Positions 35,016 through 44,949 of a stretch of DNA of 64,000 nt are shown here, piece by piece. Position 1 is the first letter of the stretch. Every line of letters begins with the position of its first letter. Origin of the DNA: a virus; IMG/VR virus record IMGVR_UViG_3300035070_003385, positions 64,001-128,000 of that record. One strand, 5' to 3'. Below the pieces are notes generated by a model. It saw nothing but the letters and a program-made list of their open reading frames with translations, was not told the origin of the DNA and did no database searches. A program made the translations under genes and the position numbers.

Positions 35016-35954
35016 ATGACAATGTCATTTGATGCACTTAAAAAGAACCGTTCATCTTCACTCGATAAGTTGAACTCACAGCTCTCACAAATCGCAACAA
35101 AGAGCTATTCAGATCCCAACGAAGGTAAATTTTGGAAACCAACCCGTGATAAGGCAGGTAACGGCTTCGCCATCATTCGCTTTCTTCCTCCTACATCAGG
35201 AGAAGAAATGCCATTCGTCAGACTCTGGGACCATGGATTTCAAGGTCCAACCGGTTTGTGGTATATCGAGAACTCACTCACAACTATCGGAAAAGATGAT
35301 CCAGTTTCAGAATTTAACTCCAAACTCTGGAACAGTGGTGTTGACGCAGATAAAGAACAAGCTCGTAAACAGAAACGCCGCCTTAAATACGTATCGAACA
35401 TTTATGTAGTTAAGGATAGCGGTAACCCTGAGAACGAAGGCAAGGTCTTTATGTATCAGTTTGGTAAGAAAATCTTTGACAAGCTCAACGATTTGATGAA
35501 CCCATCCTTTGAAGACGAAAACCCAATCAATCCGTTTGACTTTTGGGAAGGCGCAAACTTTCGTTTGAAAATTCGTCAGTTTGAAGGTTACCCAAATTAC
35601 GACAAGTCAGAGTTCGACGGTCCGTCTCCACTCTTCGAGGATGATGATAAACTCGAAGGAGTTTGGAAACAGCAACACGCACTCCAAGAACTCGTTGACG
35701 AAAAGAACTTCAAATCCTATGGAGATCTTAAAGCAAAACTATATCGTGTTTTAAATTTAACAGGAGACTCTCCGCTGTCAACGAGCACAGCAGAAGATGA
35801 AACGGATAACGAGCTCGATATGAGCAAGTTTGGAAAAAGCGACGACGCCCCTACGATGAAAGAAGAAACATCTTCCCCGCAGACATCACAGTCTGACGAT
35901 ATCAGCGATGACGATGAAGATCTTGCAATGTTTAGAGACCTCGTTAAAGGTTAA
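35016..35954 (+). CDS. 32: ssDNA-binding protein (gp32)
   Basis: AIIRFLPP, WYIENSLTT, FGKKIFDK, FDFWEGANFRLK; acidic tail. Confidence 0.96.
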   Translation: MTMSFDALKKNRSSSLDKLNSQLSQIATKSYSDPNEGKFWKPTRDKAGNGFAIIRFLPPTSGEEMPFVRLWDHGFQGPTGLWYIENSLTTIGKDDPVSEFNSKLWNSGVDADKEQARKQKRRLKYVSNIYVVKDSGNPENEGKVFMYQFGKKIFDKLNDLMNPSFEDENPINPFDFWEGANFRLKIRQFEGYPNYDKSEFDGPSPLFEDDDKLEGVWKQQHALQELVDEKNFKSYGDLKAKLYRVLNLTGDSPLSTSTAEDETDNELDMSKFGKSDDAPTMKEETSSPQTSQSDDISDDDEDLAMFRDLVKG

Positions 35955-35959
35955 CAAAG

Positions 35960-35982
35960 AGAAGGGGCTTCGGCCCCTTCTT
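35960..35982 (+). terminator. Hairpin/terminator with C(UUCG)G tetraloop
   Basis: AGAAGGGGC-TTCG-GCCCCTTCT. Confidence 0.85.
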
Positions 35983-35999
35983 ACATCCAGGAGGTAAAC

Positions 36000-36326
36000 A
36001 TGGCTAACAAAATATACGAAGAAGTTTTGGATTTTGACTTCGGATTTACTTTTATAGACGAAGAGCTGCAAGAAAAGGAACTTGCCGCCGAAGAAACTAT
36101 TCAGCAAGTAAGTTCTGAAAAACAAACACTTGAGGATCAATTAGTTGATGCTAAATTGGCAGCAGATGATTTAGAATATAGATTAGAACTTTTATATAAA
36201 TCTATTGTACCATTTCTTAATAATCTTTGCAAAAATCCAGACAAATCAACAATCTATTGGCCTGACCGAGTTTCTAAAATTGAATCTTATCAGGGTAAAC
36301 TACTTTCAATCGTAGAAGGAAAATAA
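36000..36326 (+). CDS. Conserved hypothetical protein
   Basis: RBS GGAGG; FDFGFTF; IYWPDR. Confidence 0.7.
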   Translation: MANKIYEEVLDFDFGFTFIDEELQEKELAAEETIQQVSSEKQTLEDQLVDAKLAADDLEYRLELLYKSIVPFLNNLCKNPDKSTIYWPDRVSKIESYQGKLLSIVEGK

Positions 36327-36327
36327 T

Positions 36328-37434
36328 ATGAGTCTACTCGACAAACTTGTGAAAAACTCTACTATTAAACTTACAGCTCAATTAACAGAGTCAAAAGTTT
36401 TTGGTAAAAAAGAAATGGCACCAACGCCTGTTCCTATGGTAAATGTGGCCCTTTCTGGTGACATCGATGGAGGATTATCCCCAGGCCTTTTGGTTTTGGC
36501 TGGTCCGTCTAAACACTTTAAGTCTGCGTTTGCACTATTAACAGCAGCTGCATATATGAACAAATATGAAGATGCAATTTTACTGTTTTATGATTCAGAA
36601 TTTGGTACACCACAAGCATATTTTGAGTCGTTTGGTATTGACATGGATCGAGTAGTCCATACACCAATTACTAATGTTGAAGAACTTAAATTTGACATTG
36701 CAAGCCAACTCGATGCAATTGATAAAAAAGATCATGTATGTATTATCATTGACTCCGTTGGTAACCTTGCTTCAAAGAAAGAAGTTGAGGACGCAATGAA
36801 CGAAAAATCAGTTGCCGATATGTCTCGCGCAAAGGCTCTGAAATCTTTGTTCCGTATTGTAACACCACATCTTAATCTTAAAGATATTCCATTGATTGCT
36901 GTCAACCACACGTATCAAGAGATCGGTCTGTTCCCAAAGGCAATCGTATCAGGTGGTACAGGCATCTATTATTCAGCTGATGCCATTTGGATTGTTGGTC
37001 GCCAACAAGATAAAGTTGGCACTGAAATCCAAGGTTATCACTTTGTTATTAATATTGAAAAATCTCGACACGTTAAGGAAAAATCCAAAATTCCAATTTC
37101 CGTATCTTGGGAAGGCGGTATTGTTAAATGGTCAGGTTTGATGGACGTTGCTGAAAAAGGTGGATATCTACGTAAACCAAAGGTTGGTTGGTATGAAGCA
37201 GTAGATCCAGCAACTGGTGAAATACTTTCGGCAAAACTAATGCGAGCTAAGGAAGTAAATGATAATGGTGATTTTTGGAATATGATGTTTGAAAAAACTG
37301 ATTTCAAAGCCTACGTTCACGATCGCTTTACAATCGGTGCATCTGGTAGTATTATGCGTGAAGATGATGGTAATAGCAGATCAAAGGCATTGGACGATTT
37401 GGCAGAAGCTGATAGCGAAGATGATCTAATTTAA
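36328..37434 (+). CDS. uvsX: RecA-like recombinase UvsX
   Basis: AGPSKHFKS, FYDSEFG, IIDSVGNLAS, VSGGTG. Confidence 0.96.
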   Translation: MSLLDKLVKNSTIKLTAQLTESKVFGKKEMAPTPVPMVNVALSGDIDGGLSPGLLVLAGPSKHFKSAFALLTAAAYMNKYEDAILLFYDSEFGTPQAYFESFGIDMDRVVHTPITNVEELKFDIASQLDAIDKKDHVCIIIDSVGNLASKKEVEDAMNEKSVADMSRAKALKSLFRIVTPHLNLKDIPLIAVNHTYQEIGLFPKAIVSGGTGIYYSADAIWIVGRQQDKVGTEIQGYHFVINIEKSRHVKEKSKIPISVSWEGGIVKWSGLMDVAEKGGYLRKPKVGWYEAVDPATGEILSAKLMRAKEVNDNGDFWNMMFEKTDFKAYVHDRFTIGASGSIMREDDGNSRSKALDDLAEADSEDDLI

Positions 37435-37437
37435 TTG

Positions 37438-37466
37438 TTGACAATTCTATGATATAGTGATATATT
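37438..37466 (+). promoter_or_regulatory. sigma70-type promoter upstream of gene 41
   Basis: TTGACA-N17-TATATT. Confidence 0.65.
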
Positions 37467-37540
37467 AAAATTAATTACAAAGGTGATGGCATTGATCTGT
37501 GATTGGTGCCATTACTCATCTTAACAATGGAAAAATTTGT

Positions 37541-38971
37541 ATGATTGAAAAAACAATATTATCTAATTTGATTTACAACGAAGAATATTGCAGAAGAGTA
37601 TTTCCTTACATTAAGGAAGAATATTTCGATGATAATAGTCTTCGTAAAATCTTTTCAACATATTCGGACTATATGAACGAATATAAAGAGCCGCCATCAA
37701 TCGAAGCTCTTAAAATTTCAATAGATAAACGTAAAGATCTAAATGAAAGCGCATATAAAGAAGTCACGAATTTAATTGATGAATTAAAGACAGACGATAA
37801 TACAAATGAAACGTTTCTTGTAGATGAAACTGAAAAGTTTTGCCAGAATAAAGATCTTTATAATTCAATTCGTAAGGCTATTCTTATTCTCGACGGTCAA
37901 GATAAAGAAAACGATAAAGGAGCAATTCCAGGAATTCTTTCTGATTCGCTTGGCATTAGTTTCGATACACATATTGGCCACGACTTTCTTGAAGATTTTG
38001 AGTCTAGGCACGAGTATTACCATCGTAAAGAAGAACGCATTCCGTTTGATATCGACATCCTAAATACTATTACAAAAGGTGGATTACCTCGTAAATCTAT
38101 GTCAGTTCTTTTGGCAACAACTGGTGGTGGTAAGTCCCTCGTTAAATGTCACATGGCCGCATCGAGTCTAATGCACGGCAAGAATGTTCTATACGTTACA
38201 ATGGAATTGGCGGAAGAAGAAGTTGCTCGGCGTATTGATGCAAACATTATGAATATTACTCTTGACGAAGTTAAGGAAGTTCCTCTTAACGTATTTGAAA
38301 AAAGAATGGATCGTTATAAAAGTAAGACTCCTGGAAAATTGGTTATTAAAGAGTACCCAACAGGTTCTGCGCACTCCGGCCACTTCCGCCATCTCCTCAA
38401 CGAAATGCGTATGAAAAAGAACTTTATTCCAGATATTGTGTTTATTGACTATCTTAACATTTGTGCATCAGCGAGAGTAAAAGGCGCGGCCGCGGCAAAC
38501 TCTTATACACTTGTTAAATCAATCGCTGAAGAAATTCGCGGTCTTGCCATGGAATTTGACATGGCTATTGTTACCTCCTCTCAGTTTAATCGAGATGGTT
38601 ATGGAAACTCTGATGTTGATCTTACGAACACCTCTGAGTCTATGGGTATTACTCACACCGCGGACCTTATCCTCGGTCTTATCACATCAGAAGAATTAGA
38701 TCAACGCGGACAGCTTATGATTAAACAACTTAAAAATCGCTATGGAGATTTAGGCTATTATCGTAGATTTGTTGTAGGGATTGAAAGAGCAAAAATGAAA
38801 TTGTTCAATCTTGAAGAGCGTGCTCAAGATACTATTCAATCCGAGTCTTCAAATGGTAAAGGCGGTAATGATCCTCGCCCGACATTTGATAAGTCTTCGT
38901 TTGGAGAACAGTGGGACATGGGTTCCAAAAATAAAAAGAAAAGTTTGTTTGAAGTAGGAGAATTACAATGA
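37541..38971 (+). CDS. 41: Replicative helicase (gp41)
   Basis: TTGGGKS, TMELAEE, IDYLNI, SESMG, KQLKNRY. Confidence 0.96.
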   Translation: MIEKTILSNLIYNEEYCRRVFPYIKEEYFDDNSLRKIFSTYSDYMNEYKEPPSIEALKISIDKRKDLNESAYKEVTNLIDELKTDDNTNETFLVDETEKFCQNKDLYNSIRKAILILDGQDKENDKGAIPGILSDSLGISFDTHIGHDFLEDFESRHEYYHRKEERIPFDIDILNTITKGGLPRKSMSVLLATTGGGKSLVKCHMAASSLMHGKNVLYVTMELAEEEVARRIDANIMNITLDEVKEVPLNVFEKRMDRYKSKTPGKLVIKEYPTGSAHSGHFRHLLNEMRMKKNFIPDIVFIDYLNICASARVKGAAAANSYTLVKSIAEEIRGLAMEFDMAIVTSSQFNRDGYGNSDVDLTNTSESMGITHTADLILGLITSEELDQRGQLMIKQLKNRYGDLGYYRRFVVGIERAKMKLFNLEERAQDTIQSESSNGKGGNDPRPTFDKSSFGEQWDMGSKNKKKSLFEVGELQ

Positions 38972-39159
38972 GTTATTCATTAAAGAAAAACGAAAACCAA
39001 TACAGCATTTTGGAAATAGATAGTGGTACTTTAATTCAAGTTGGAACAGACTATAAAAATGCAAGAGTTACTTGCAGAAAATTAAATTTAGGATTTGGGT
39101 TTCAAGGATGGACTCCATTGTTTTTTTCGAAAAAAAATATTTCTACCAATTTACAATAA
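38968..39159 (+). CDS. Hypothetical protein
   Basis: LNLGFGFQGWTPLFF; coupled to gene 41. Confidence 0.6.
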   Translation: MSYSLKKNENQYSILEIDSGTLIQVGTDYKNARVTCRKLNLGFGFQGWTPLFFSKKNISTNLQ

Positions 39160-39179
39160 GCGCCTAAAGCATGTTATTT

Positions 39180-39187
39180 TATAAATA
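39180..39187 (+). promoter_or_regulatory. T4-type late promoter
   Basis: TATAAATA. Confidence 0.7.
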
Positions 39188-39218
39188 GTTTAAATTAATC
39201 CTATACAAGAGAATATGT

Positions 39219-40514
39219 ATGATTTCGTTTAAAAAATATTTAAGAGAGAACAGTGAAATGCTTTTTGTGTCTCAGCAAGACAAGGCTAGATTTGATGCAG
39301 CCATTCAGCCATATACTTACACCGTAAAGAGTACAACAAATAACAAAACAGTATTGGTCGTTCGTTCTCAGAAAAATGATCGTGACTCTGTCAAGAAAAA
39401 TATAGAACAAAAATTAGATAAAGCAAACATAGATTACGAACTAAGCACATCCGGCGGGTCCGTCGGTTCTACTATCGTAAAGCTTGGATCTAAAAAGGTT
39501 CAAATTACATTTAAGCCAACGTCAGGGGGCATGTCAGAGACTACTCTTAATTCAACGATTACGGAGTTGGTTCCTTCTCTAGCATTTATGTCAAAGAAAA
39601 AGTTTTCAAACATAAACGACCTATATGATTTTATATCTGAAGCCGATGGAAACAAATATGGCGTATATGTAAATAGTAGAGACGCAGAAGCCGGTAAACA
39701 ATTTATCGAACAAATGCCAACGTCTTCAAAATATTCTGAAAAAATGGAAAACGCTTTAGCTATTTTAGACTATCTTAATGATTTAAACAAACAATCTCCT
39801 ATTCAACAAGTGTTTTGGGGTTATCGAGCGAAGCCAACCGGCATACCTGCGTCTCATAAAGGTGATTTATTCATCAAGTTTAAAAATAAAAATATGCTTG
39901 GCGTATCGCTTAAAGCTGGTGGTGAAAAAACCGCTGAACCTCAATTAAATACTTACGTGAATAAATTCTTTGATGATTTTTCGTATGCACGTGAAAAATC
40001 AGATCTACAGAAACTAATATTTAACAAAGTACATTCAAAACTTGGGTTACCTTTTGATTGGGACTCGAGAGGAAAGAAACGAAATTCAATTAAAATTATT
40101 ACAGAATTTAAGAAAAAGAATTCTAGAGAATACGAAAGTATGTACGACCAAATGCTTGATCTTATACGCGATGGTATTATAAGTGCAGTAAATAAGAATA
40201 AATCTAAAGCTATTGATTATATACAAAAACAAGTACTTAAAAAAGACAAAAACGTACCTTTAGTTGTCGTTAAAGCATTTGGTAATAAGTATAAAATGGT
40301 TACAGACGAAGATGATCTAGGAGCATTTTTGCCGAGGGTAAAAACTGTTAAAGCATATAAGTCTACCTCATCTAAACAAAATTGGTTTATTGAATTAAAC
40401 GCTGGTGGTAGCGAAAAGCTAACGATGAATATGTCAGTTCGTTCGAACAAATCTCCACCTGAAAATAAAATTGCTCAAGGTTTTAATCTTGCTATCAAAT
40501 TTAATGGAATTTAA
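39219..40514 (+). CDS. Putative PD-(D/E)xK-fold nuclease with CTS-like N-terminus
   Basis: MISFKKYLRE; HKGDLFI...GVSLKAG. Confidence 0.5.
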   Translation: MISFKKYLRENSEMLFVSQQDKARFDAAIQPYTYTVKSTTNNKTVLVVRSQKNDRDSVKKNIEQKLDKANIDYELSTSGGSVGSTIVKLGSKKVQITFKPTSGGMSETTLNSTITELVPSLAFMSKKKFSNINDLYDFISEADGNKYGVYVNSRDAEAGKQFIEQMPTSSKYSEKMENALAILDYLNDLNKQSPIQQVFWGYRAKPTGIPASHKGDLFIKFKNKNMLGVSLKAGGEKTAEPQLNTYVNKFFDDFSYAREKSDLQKLIFNKVHSKLGLPFDWDSRGKKRNSIKIITEFKKKNSREYESMYDQMLDLIRDGIISAVNKNKSKAIDYIQKQVLKKDKNVPLVVVKAFGNKYKMVTDEDDLGAFLPRVKTVKAYKSTSSKQNWFIELNAGGSEKLTMNMSVRSNKSPPENKIAQGFNLAIKFNGI

Positions 40515-40517
40515 TAA

Positions 40518-41759
40518 ATGATTCGTTTTAAAAAGTTTTTGTCCGAAGAAAAGAACCTGCACATGACACATGCAGAAGATGCTGTTATTGATGGCGGCAT
40601 TGTTGGTACACGAAACGTAATAAACTATCTTCGTGATATTAGAGATATGCTAGCAGGTAATACTAAAGCACCCGTCAATATTAGCGTCAAGTGGGATGGC
40701 GCACCAGCAGTATTTGCTGGCATCGATCCAAGTGATGGAAAATTCTTTGTAGCTAAAAAAGGTATTTTTAATAAGAACCCAAAGCTATATAAAACACACG
40801 CCGATATTGATGCTGATACCGTGGGTAAGGCAGAGCTAAATGCAAAACTAAAAATTGCGTTAGATGAATTTTCAAAACTAGGAATTAAAGGTGTAGTACA
40901 AGGCGATTTTTTATATGAAAAAAGTGATATTAAAGAAGATACGATTGACGGTGAACCGCATATTACTTTCCATCCTAATACGATTGTTTATGCGATACCT
41001 AAATCATCAAAGCTTGCTAAAACAATACTCAGATCCAAGGTCGGAGTGGTCTGGCATACTGTATACCGAGGATCAAGCCTTGAAAAAATGTCTGCAAATT
41101 TTGGAAAGGAGATTGCAAGCGGCCTTAAAACAGTCCCGTCGGTCTGGTCAGTAGACGCAGTATTCAAAGATCAATCTGGCAATGCAACATTTACCGCAAA
41201 AGAGACTGCTGATATTACAAAAATAATATCTCAAATTGGTTCACTGCTTAAGACAATTCCAAAAAACACATTTGATGCTCTCAAGCCAGGATCTCAGTAT
41301 GATATTAATATGCGCCTCAATACTTACATCAATACAAAAGTTCGCGCCGGCGAAAGAATTGGTAATCCAAAAACTTTTGTTAAAGGCTTTCAGAAATACT
41401 TAAGTGATTATTACGATAAAGAAATTGATAGTAAAAAATCGCCAAAAGGTAAAGCAACCTGGCAAGCTAAAAAAGATAATGCCATGATGTTTTTCAAAAA
41501 AGTCAAACCGCGCGATCTTGAAAATTTATTTACTATGTATAACCTAATCGTTGACGCAAAGCATACAATTATTCGTAAACTTGAAAACGTTGATGGCTTA
41601 AAAACACTACTTAAAACCAATAAAGGCTATGAAGTTACAGGGCAAGAAGGTTTTGTTGCAATTGATCGTTATGGTAAGAATGCGTTAAAACTTGTTGACC
41701 GCTTACAATTTTCAGCTGCAAACTTTTCAGATAAATATATTAAGGGATGGCAAAAGTAA
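40518..41759 (+). CDS. Ligase-superfamily nucleotidyltransferase-like protein (DUF6267-like) with CTS-like N-terminus
   Basis: MIRFKKFLSEE; KWDG (motif I), VQGDF (III), EGFV (IV), ALKL (V). Confidence 0.6.
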   Translation: MIRFKKFLSEEKNLHMTHAEDAVIDGGIVGTRNVINYLRDIRDMLAGNTKAPVNISVKWDGAPAVFAGIDPSDGKFFVAKKGIFNKNPKLYKTHADIDADTVGKAELNAKLKIALDEFSKLGIKGVVQGDFLYEKSDIKEDTIDGEPHITFHPNTIVYAIPKSSKLAKTILRSKVGVVWHTVYRGSSLEKMSANFGKEIASGLKTVPSVWSVDAVFKDQSGNATFTAKETADITKIISQIGSLLKTIPKNTFDALKPGSQYDINMRLNTYINTKVRAGERIGNPKTFVKGFQKYLSDYYDKEIDSKKSPKGKATWQAKKDNAMMFFKKVKPRDLENLFTMYNLIVDAKHTIIRKLENVDGLKTLLKTNKGYEVTGQEGFVAIDRYGKNALKLVDRLQFSAANFSDKYIKGWQK

Positions 41760-42544
41760 TGGCTATTTGGAACAAATTAACTCAAGCGTATTTACAAAAT
41801 AATAAAACTTTATTTGAAGCATTTATTCTAGCAGATAAAGACGGCAATATTATCAACTCATTTGGAGTTGCATCTAATATTCCAATTGCTGCGGGCGACG
41901 TTGACGGTTATGACCATATTAACAAATTTGGCGCAACTGATGGAGACGTTACAGCTGGAACTATCTGGGACGGTAATTCAGCAGCAGTAACATATCCGTA
42001 CCCAGCTGCCGGTGTTGTAGCTGTAACTTCTACTCAAAACAGTGGCGCATCAGTTGAAATCCAAGGTCTTGACGCAGACTACGCACCACAAACAGTAACG
42101 ACTACTATTGGTGGAACAACCACTGAAACATTTTCACGAGTATTTAGAGCTCGTATGGTAGATACTAATAACGATGCAGATGTTACTATCAATCAAGGTG
42201 GCGCTTTAGCTGCAAAAATTCTTGAAGATAAAGGCCAAACTCTTATGGCTGTTTATACTGTGCCGGCAGGTAAAACGGCGTATCTAATCAAAACTCAAAT
42301 GGGTTCTGACAAAGCATCAACCAATGCCTCGTTACAATATACATTGTTTGCAAGACCTTTCGGTGGTACATTTAATGTTAAAGGTATTTCGTACGCTGCC
42401 GGCGGTCAAAATGTTATTGTAGAATATCCAGTACCATTAAAGTTTGAAGAAAAGACAGATATTAAAATTGATGTTGTTGCTGCATCGGGTGGTCAAACTT
42501 GTTCAGCAATGTTTGACCTTATATTGGTAGACAACCCGACATAA
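41759..42544 (+). CDS. Hypothetical beta-rich protein, possibly virion-associated
   Basis: Thr/Gly/Ala-rich; INKFG, VFRARM, YTVPAGKTAY. Confidence 0.6.
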   Translation: MAIWNKLTQAYLQNNKTLFEAFILADKDGNIINSFGVASNIPIAAGDVDGYDHINKFGATDGDVTAGTIWDGNSAAVTYPYPAAGVVAVTSTQNSGASVEIQGLDADYAPQTVTTTIGGTTTETFSRVFRARMVDTNNDADVTINQGGALAAKILEDKGQTLMAVYTVPAGKTAYLIKTQMGSDKASTNASLQYTLFARPFGGTFNVKGISYAAGGQNVIVEYPVPLKFEEKTDIKIDVVAASGGQTCSAMFDLILVDNPT

Positions 42545-42675
42545 TGTCACGGTTGACACTAGTGAATACCGTCTATACCAAATTGGCAACCCAAATTAAG
42601 CCTTATTTTTACATTTCCTTAATAAATATAATTGTAATTCAATAAAAACAATCATATGCGTTAAGGAGATGCAAC

Positions 42676-42963
42676 ATGTCACACACACTTCAATCACAAT
42701 CTTTATATAAATTTATTACGTTATCAATAGTAATTGAAAAAATCAAAGCCTTGTTTGTAGCTTTAGACAAATTTATGTATAAGCGTGCATTAAGACGCCA
42801 ATCATATAGAGAATTATCCTCCCTTTCAAATAGAGAATTAAAAGACATTGGCTTGTGCCGTGGCGACATCATGGCTGTTGTTAACGACCAGTTTTACGGT
42901 GACTCTATCCGCGAAAAAGAAACAACTGCAGAAATAAACAAAAATCTTAAAGGGTGGGCATAA
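42676..42963 (+). CDS. DUF1127 family small protein
   Basis: RELSSLSNRELKDIGLCRGDI. Confidence 0.88.
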   Translation: MSHTLQSQSLYKFITLSIVIEKIKALFVALDKFMYKRALRRQSYRELSSLSNRELKDIGLCRGDIMAVVNDQFYGDSIREKETTAEINKNLKGWA

Positions 42964-42964
42964 T

Positions 42965-43162
42965 ATGTTAGAACGTATATACGCAAGATTAGAAATCATT
43001 GGTTATAGCAGAGCTATTGGTGCAATGATTGGATCACCAGGAATTACCGCAGCGCATATGAAAGGCATGTATGAAGCCCGCGAAGACGCAGTTCAAAGAT
43101 TAGCAAAGTTAAAAGCAATAACTAAAGAAGAAAGCTTTGGAAGAACACTATATAATGCTTAA
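42965..43162 (+). CDS. Small hypothetical protein
   Basis: Follows DUF1127 gene by 1 nt. Confidence 0.55.
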   Translation: MLERIYARLEIIGYSRAIGAMIGSPGITAAHMKGMYEAREDAVQRLAKLKAITKEESFGRTLYNA

Positions 43163-43265
43163 TTTTATATTAAATAGTATTAGCGCATTTAATAACGCAG
43201 TTCTTGCCTCAAAATTGTGTGAACAAGGCTACATAGAAGAAGCAAGAAAAGTAATGCTAAGATAA
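43155..43265 (+). CDS. 36-aa protein MLNFILNSISAFNNAVLASKLCEQGYIEEARKVMLR
   Basis: Overlaps previous stop; not in ORF track. Confidence 0.5.
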   Translation: MLNFILNSISAFNNAVLASKLCEQGYIEEARKVMLR

Positions 43266-43299
43266 CAGTAAATTTAGTATAATTAGGTTTGTAAGTAAA

Positions 43300-43307
43300 T
43301 ATAAATA
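43300..43307 (+). promoter_or_regulatory. T4-type late promoter upstream of the glycan cluster
   Basis: TATAAATA. Confidence 0.6.
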
Positions 43308-43310
43308 AAG

Positions 43311-43336
43311 GCAGGGACAAGTTCTCTGCTTTTTTT
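43311..43336 (+). terminator. Probable intrinsic terminator
   Basis: GCAGGGA-CAAGT-TCTCTGC followed by T run. Confidence 0.65.
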
Positions 43337-43356
43337 GTTAACAGGGATAATATACT

Positions 43357-43893
43357 ATGAAAGAATGGTTTGAAGGCAAGACCGTAGCGGTTGTAGGAAA
43401 TGCTGCATCTATCATACAACAGAAATATGGCGATGAAATAGATTCTGCGGATGTGGTTGTAAGAATCAATCGTGGTGGGTATCGGTTTCCTCAGTACAAA
43501 AAGCAGATGGGAACGCGTATTGATGTATGGTGTATGCAGAACATCCGACAGAACAAATCTCATTTTAACACTGCTCATAATAAAGGTGTTCTTAAAATGC
43601 AAATGGATACCGAAAGTGTATCTCCTAAATTTATAGAAATGGCCGATGTAGTGTTTTCTGAAGAGGATAGAATAGCTCTTGACAGCAACCTAACAAAGAA
43701 ATCCTCAACCGGGCTCAGAGTCCTCTATTACATTTCTAAACAGGATCCAAAGAGCGTACGCGTATATGGTTTTGATTGGAAAGAAACGTACTCTTGGCAC
43801 GAGAGAAGAAAGTGTGTTGCTCACGTTTTTAGCGAAGAAAAAGAATACTGCTTTAATAATTTTTTTAATAAACAATTCAAATTAAAGATTTAA
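43357..43893 (+). CDS. GT29 (sialyltransferase-like) glycosyltransferase 1
   Basis: Sialylmotif L VAVVGNA...GDEIDSADVVVRIN; motif S STGL...YGFD; HVFSEE. Confidence 0.8.
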   Translation: MKEWFEGKTVAVVGNAASIIQQKYGDEIDSADVVVRINRGGYRFPQYKKQMGTRIDVWCMQNIRQNKSHFNTAHNKGVLKMQMDTESVSPKFIEMADVVFSEEDRIALDSNLTKKSSTGLRVLYYISKQDPKSVRVYGFDWKETYSWHERRKCVAHVFSEEKEYCFNNFFNKQFKLKI

Positions 43894-44949
43894 ATGAAGT
43901 TTTTTGTAGCATCCTCTTCTAAGGCGACCGCTTCTTTTGCGAGTAGAGCACAGTGCCCAAGAATAAAGTATTTTTCTAGGAATAGAGTCATTCCAAGACG
44001 CGTTGTCCCTGAGAACTACATGCATAGCTTTAACAATGCTGATGTTTTAATTTTAAATGGAACTTGGGGTTCAGAAATTAGAAAGAACGCATATCTAGAA
44101 GGATACTTAAACGGAGATTATACAGACGGTTACATACCAGATATAGAATACGAATGTGATAGTATACCACGTTTAAATAGATCAGCAACATTAGATTATA
44201 TTAACGTTGAGCTCTTGAGGATGGCAAATGAACAAAATAAACCCGTAGTCGTATTTGAAAGCTCTACAGTGTCAAGAGCAGAAGCAAACTATGAAACGAC
44301 GTTTAACATTAAGGATTACGCGAGAGTAGGATTATATAGCTGGATGCACGGTGATGGAAAGTGGCTTCATCCTGATGATTTCGAATCTCTTCAGATAGTA
44401 AAAGCCCCTCGTTTGTATAATCATATTTGGAAACACGATAAAGATAACGGTGCAATATATATCTTTACCGGTTTTGAAATGGATCCAACGGGCACAAAAC
44501 ACCCAAAGGATTTTTTATTAGAAACAGTAGAAACAATAAGAAACAAAACGAACCGAAGAATATGCATAAAGGTTCATCCTATGTCTAAATTACAAAATTA
44601 CGTTAAAGAACTATTAATTGAGTATAAAAACATTCATATCATTGGTAAAAACATTACAATGCAAAACCTTTATCATGATATGTATTGTGCAGTGATTGAT
44701 AATTCAACGAGTATATTTGAATTGATAGACGCAGGAATACCGACCTTTTGTTCAAAAATGAACTTTGGTTCAGAACTATTGAATACGAACATAGAAAATA
44801 TATGTGATCCGTATCTTGCTCCAAAAAAAGAAGTCTTGGACTGGACTGTAAGAATGTCTTGCACAGAACTTCATAAAGACATCATACTGTCAGATGATAT
44901 AGTAACATACGTAGAAAAGTTAGTAAGGAGACACTGGGATGGATTTTAA
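43894..44949 (+). CDS. KpsS/KpsC-like (capsule synthesis, GT-B) protein
   Basis: IKVHP; NSTSIFELIDAGIPTF. Confidence 0.5.
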   Translation: MKFFVASSSKATASFASRAQCPRIKYFSRNRVIPRRVVPENYMHSFNNADVLILNGTWGSEIRKNAYLEGYLNGDYTDGYIPDIEYECDSIPRLNRSATLDYINVELLRMANEQNKPVVVFESSTVSRAEANYETTFNIKDYARVGLYSWMHGDGKWLHPDDFESLQIVKAPRLYNHIWKHDKDNGAIYIFTGFEMDPTGTKHPKDFLLETVETIRNKTNRRICIKVHPMSKLQNYVKELLIEYKNIHIIGKNITMQNLYHDMYCAVIDNSTSIFELIDAGIPTFCSKMNFGSELLNTNIENICDPYLAPKKEVLDWTVRMSCTELHKDIILSDDIVTYVEKLVRRHWDGF

